From: Mobula hypostoma
Taxonomy: Eukaryota
Length of the DNA: 64,000 nt
Direction of reading: 5' to 3'
Assembly (NCBI RefSeq): GCF_963921235.1
Contig: NC_086108.1
Coordinates: forward strand, 17,112,001 to 17,176,000
The notes below the pieces were generated by a model that worked only from the letters and a program-made list of their open reading frames with translations, did not search any database and was not told the DNA's origin. The translations under genes were made by a program, and so were the position numbers. Positions 62,621 to 64,000 of the stretch are shown one piece after another; within the stretch, counting starts at the first letter, position 1, and every line of letters begins with the position of its first letter.

Positions 62621-64000
62621 TTCTTTATTTCTAAAAGCTTCCCTTCACTGAGGTTAATCGATGGTCCCATTGTTTCCTGGCACACCTTTACAGCTCTGTC
62701 TGATCTGGGATATTACCTTTGCTCTTTTCCAATCCTATGGTATCTTTCCTGCACCTCAGAAAGAATGGAAGATTCTAGTGAGCTCTTGTACAATCTCCAC
62801 CTCCAGTTCCTTTGGACTGTATTACATTTGGTCTTGGTGATATACTTACTTCAAGCATAGCCATCCCTTCCTCCTTTTCAATTTTCATTTTCTCAATTAT
62901 TTCTGTACCACCACTGCCAGTGAGAGTTTGGCAGTATCTCACCATGAAGTTGGTACTAAGCATTCATTAATGTTTTAGCCTTGCACTCTGTTTCTGTACA
63001 TCCTTCTTCATTAGTCCCCATCCCATCTTAATCCTTACTAACATCTACTGAGTATTTATAAAACTTCGTTCTATTTATGCAGTCAATGACCCTTTTCAAT
63101 TAGGCTTTGTACTCACATTTTTTTACCAGTCTACTTTCCCAGTTAACTTTAGTTGAATTATTCACTGAACATACATAATTTACTCTTGTTTTATTATACT
63201 CCCATCATTCTTTTGCAATTAGTGAGCTGTGGCCTTGGTTTCCCTGTCTTTCTCCTGTGGAAATATATCTAGTTGGTATCTGATACATCTCCTGTTCTAA
63301 AAGTCCTTGACTTTACAGTACACTAGTCAGATCCTCTCACATCCCATTATAGTTATTCCTCCTTCAATTCTGCAGTTCTGCTCTAGATTTTTTCCCTGCC
63401 CTCTCCATTATCAACCGAAGCTTTACAAATTCTTTCAAGTTCAAGGTCAGTGAAGAAAATGTGGTTGATGTGGACTTTCAAAATTATTTTGATCAGCCTC
63501 ATATGGGCATATAAATTTAAACACTGAACCCCTTAAGACAGCTCTTTCATTCAATATAAGATTGTGATTGATCTGATTGTCAATTCAGCCCCACATTGCT
63601 GATCCTCCCACATCCTCTCAAGACTCTGCAGGATTTTATGTTTCTAAACCAGCACCTATCACACCTAATTTTTTATATTTGATATCCCACCCATTCCAGA
63701 GAGCCTTCTCTGAATGAATTCCATGGAATAAGAGGCAATAGCAGGACTGATACAAAAACACAGTAAAGTGGCAGGAAATTGAGAATCAATAGATAGCTTC
63801 TATTCACACCCAAGATAAATGTACACAGTAGCTCAGAGATTTTTTTTACCAGGAGCACTGCCTTCTGAAAGGCAGATTTTAGTGCAGCAACAGAGGAATT
63901 GTAGCAAATTGTCAAGTGGATAGCAATGGACTTCCAAGAGGTTAGAGATAAACAATGGTAAATGTACCAGCTAAAAATATGAATCAACCACTTTGGAACA

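Overview
Vertebrate nuclear DNA, not prokaryotic. The repeat repertoire (HE1-like V-SINEs, CR1 with esterase ORF1, Rex1/Babar, abundant Penelope-like elements) points to a cartilaginous fish, probably a ray (inference). Most of the window is nested transposon debris: CR1, Rex1, L1, a chromodomain Gypsy, solo LTRs, a Charlie3/MER1-like hAT and a 44-bp minisatellite. Two things stand out. (1) About ten Penelope-like (GIY-YIG) insertions carry a minimal type-I hammerhead ribozyme in their pseudo-LTR, giving about 14 motif copies. Three insertions share an inverted-pLTR architecture with an identical breakpoint. (2) A + strand multi-exon gene resembles KIAA1614 (motifs recalled from memory, C-terminal Par6-like PDZ). 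Its exons splice in frame but contain in-frame stops, a frameshift and a CR1 insertion, so it looks like a decaying or truncated gene. Repeat boundaries without a stated TSD are approximate.
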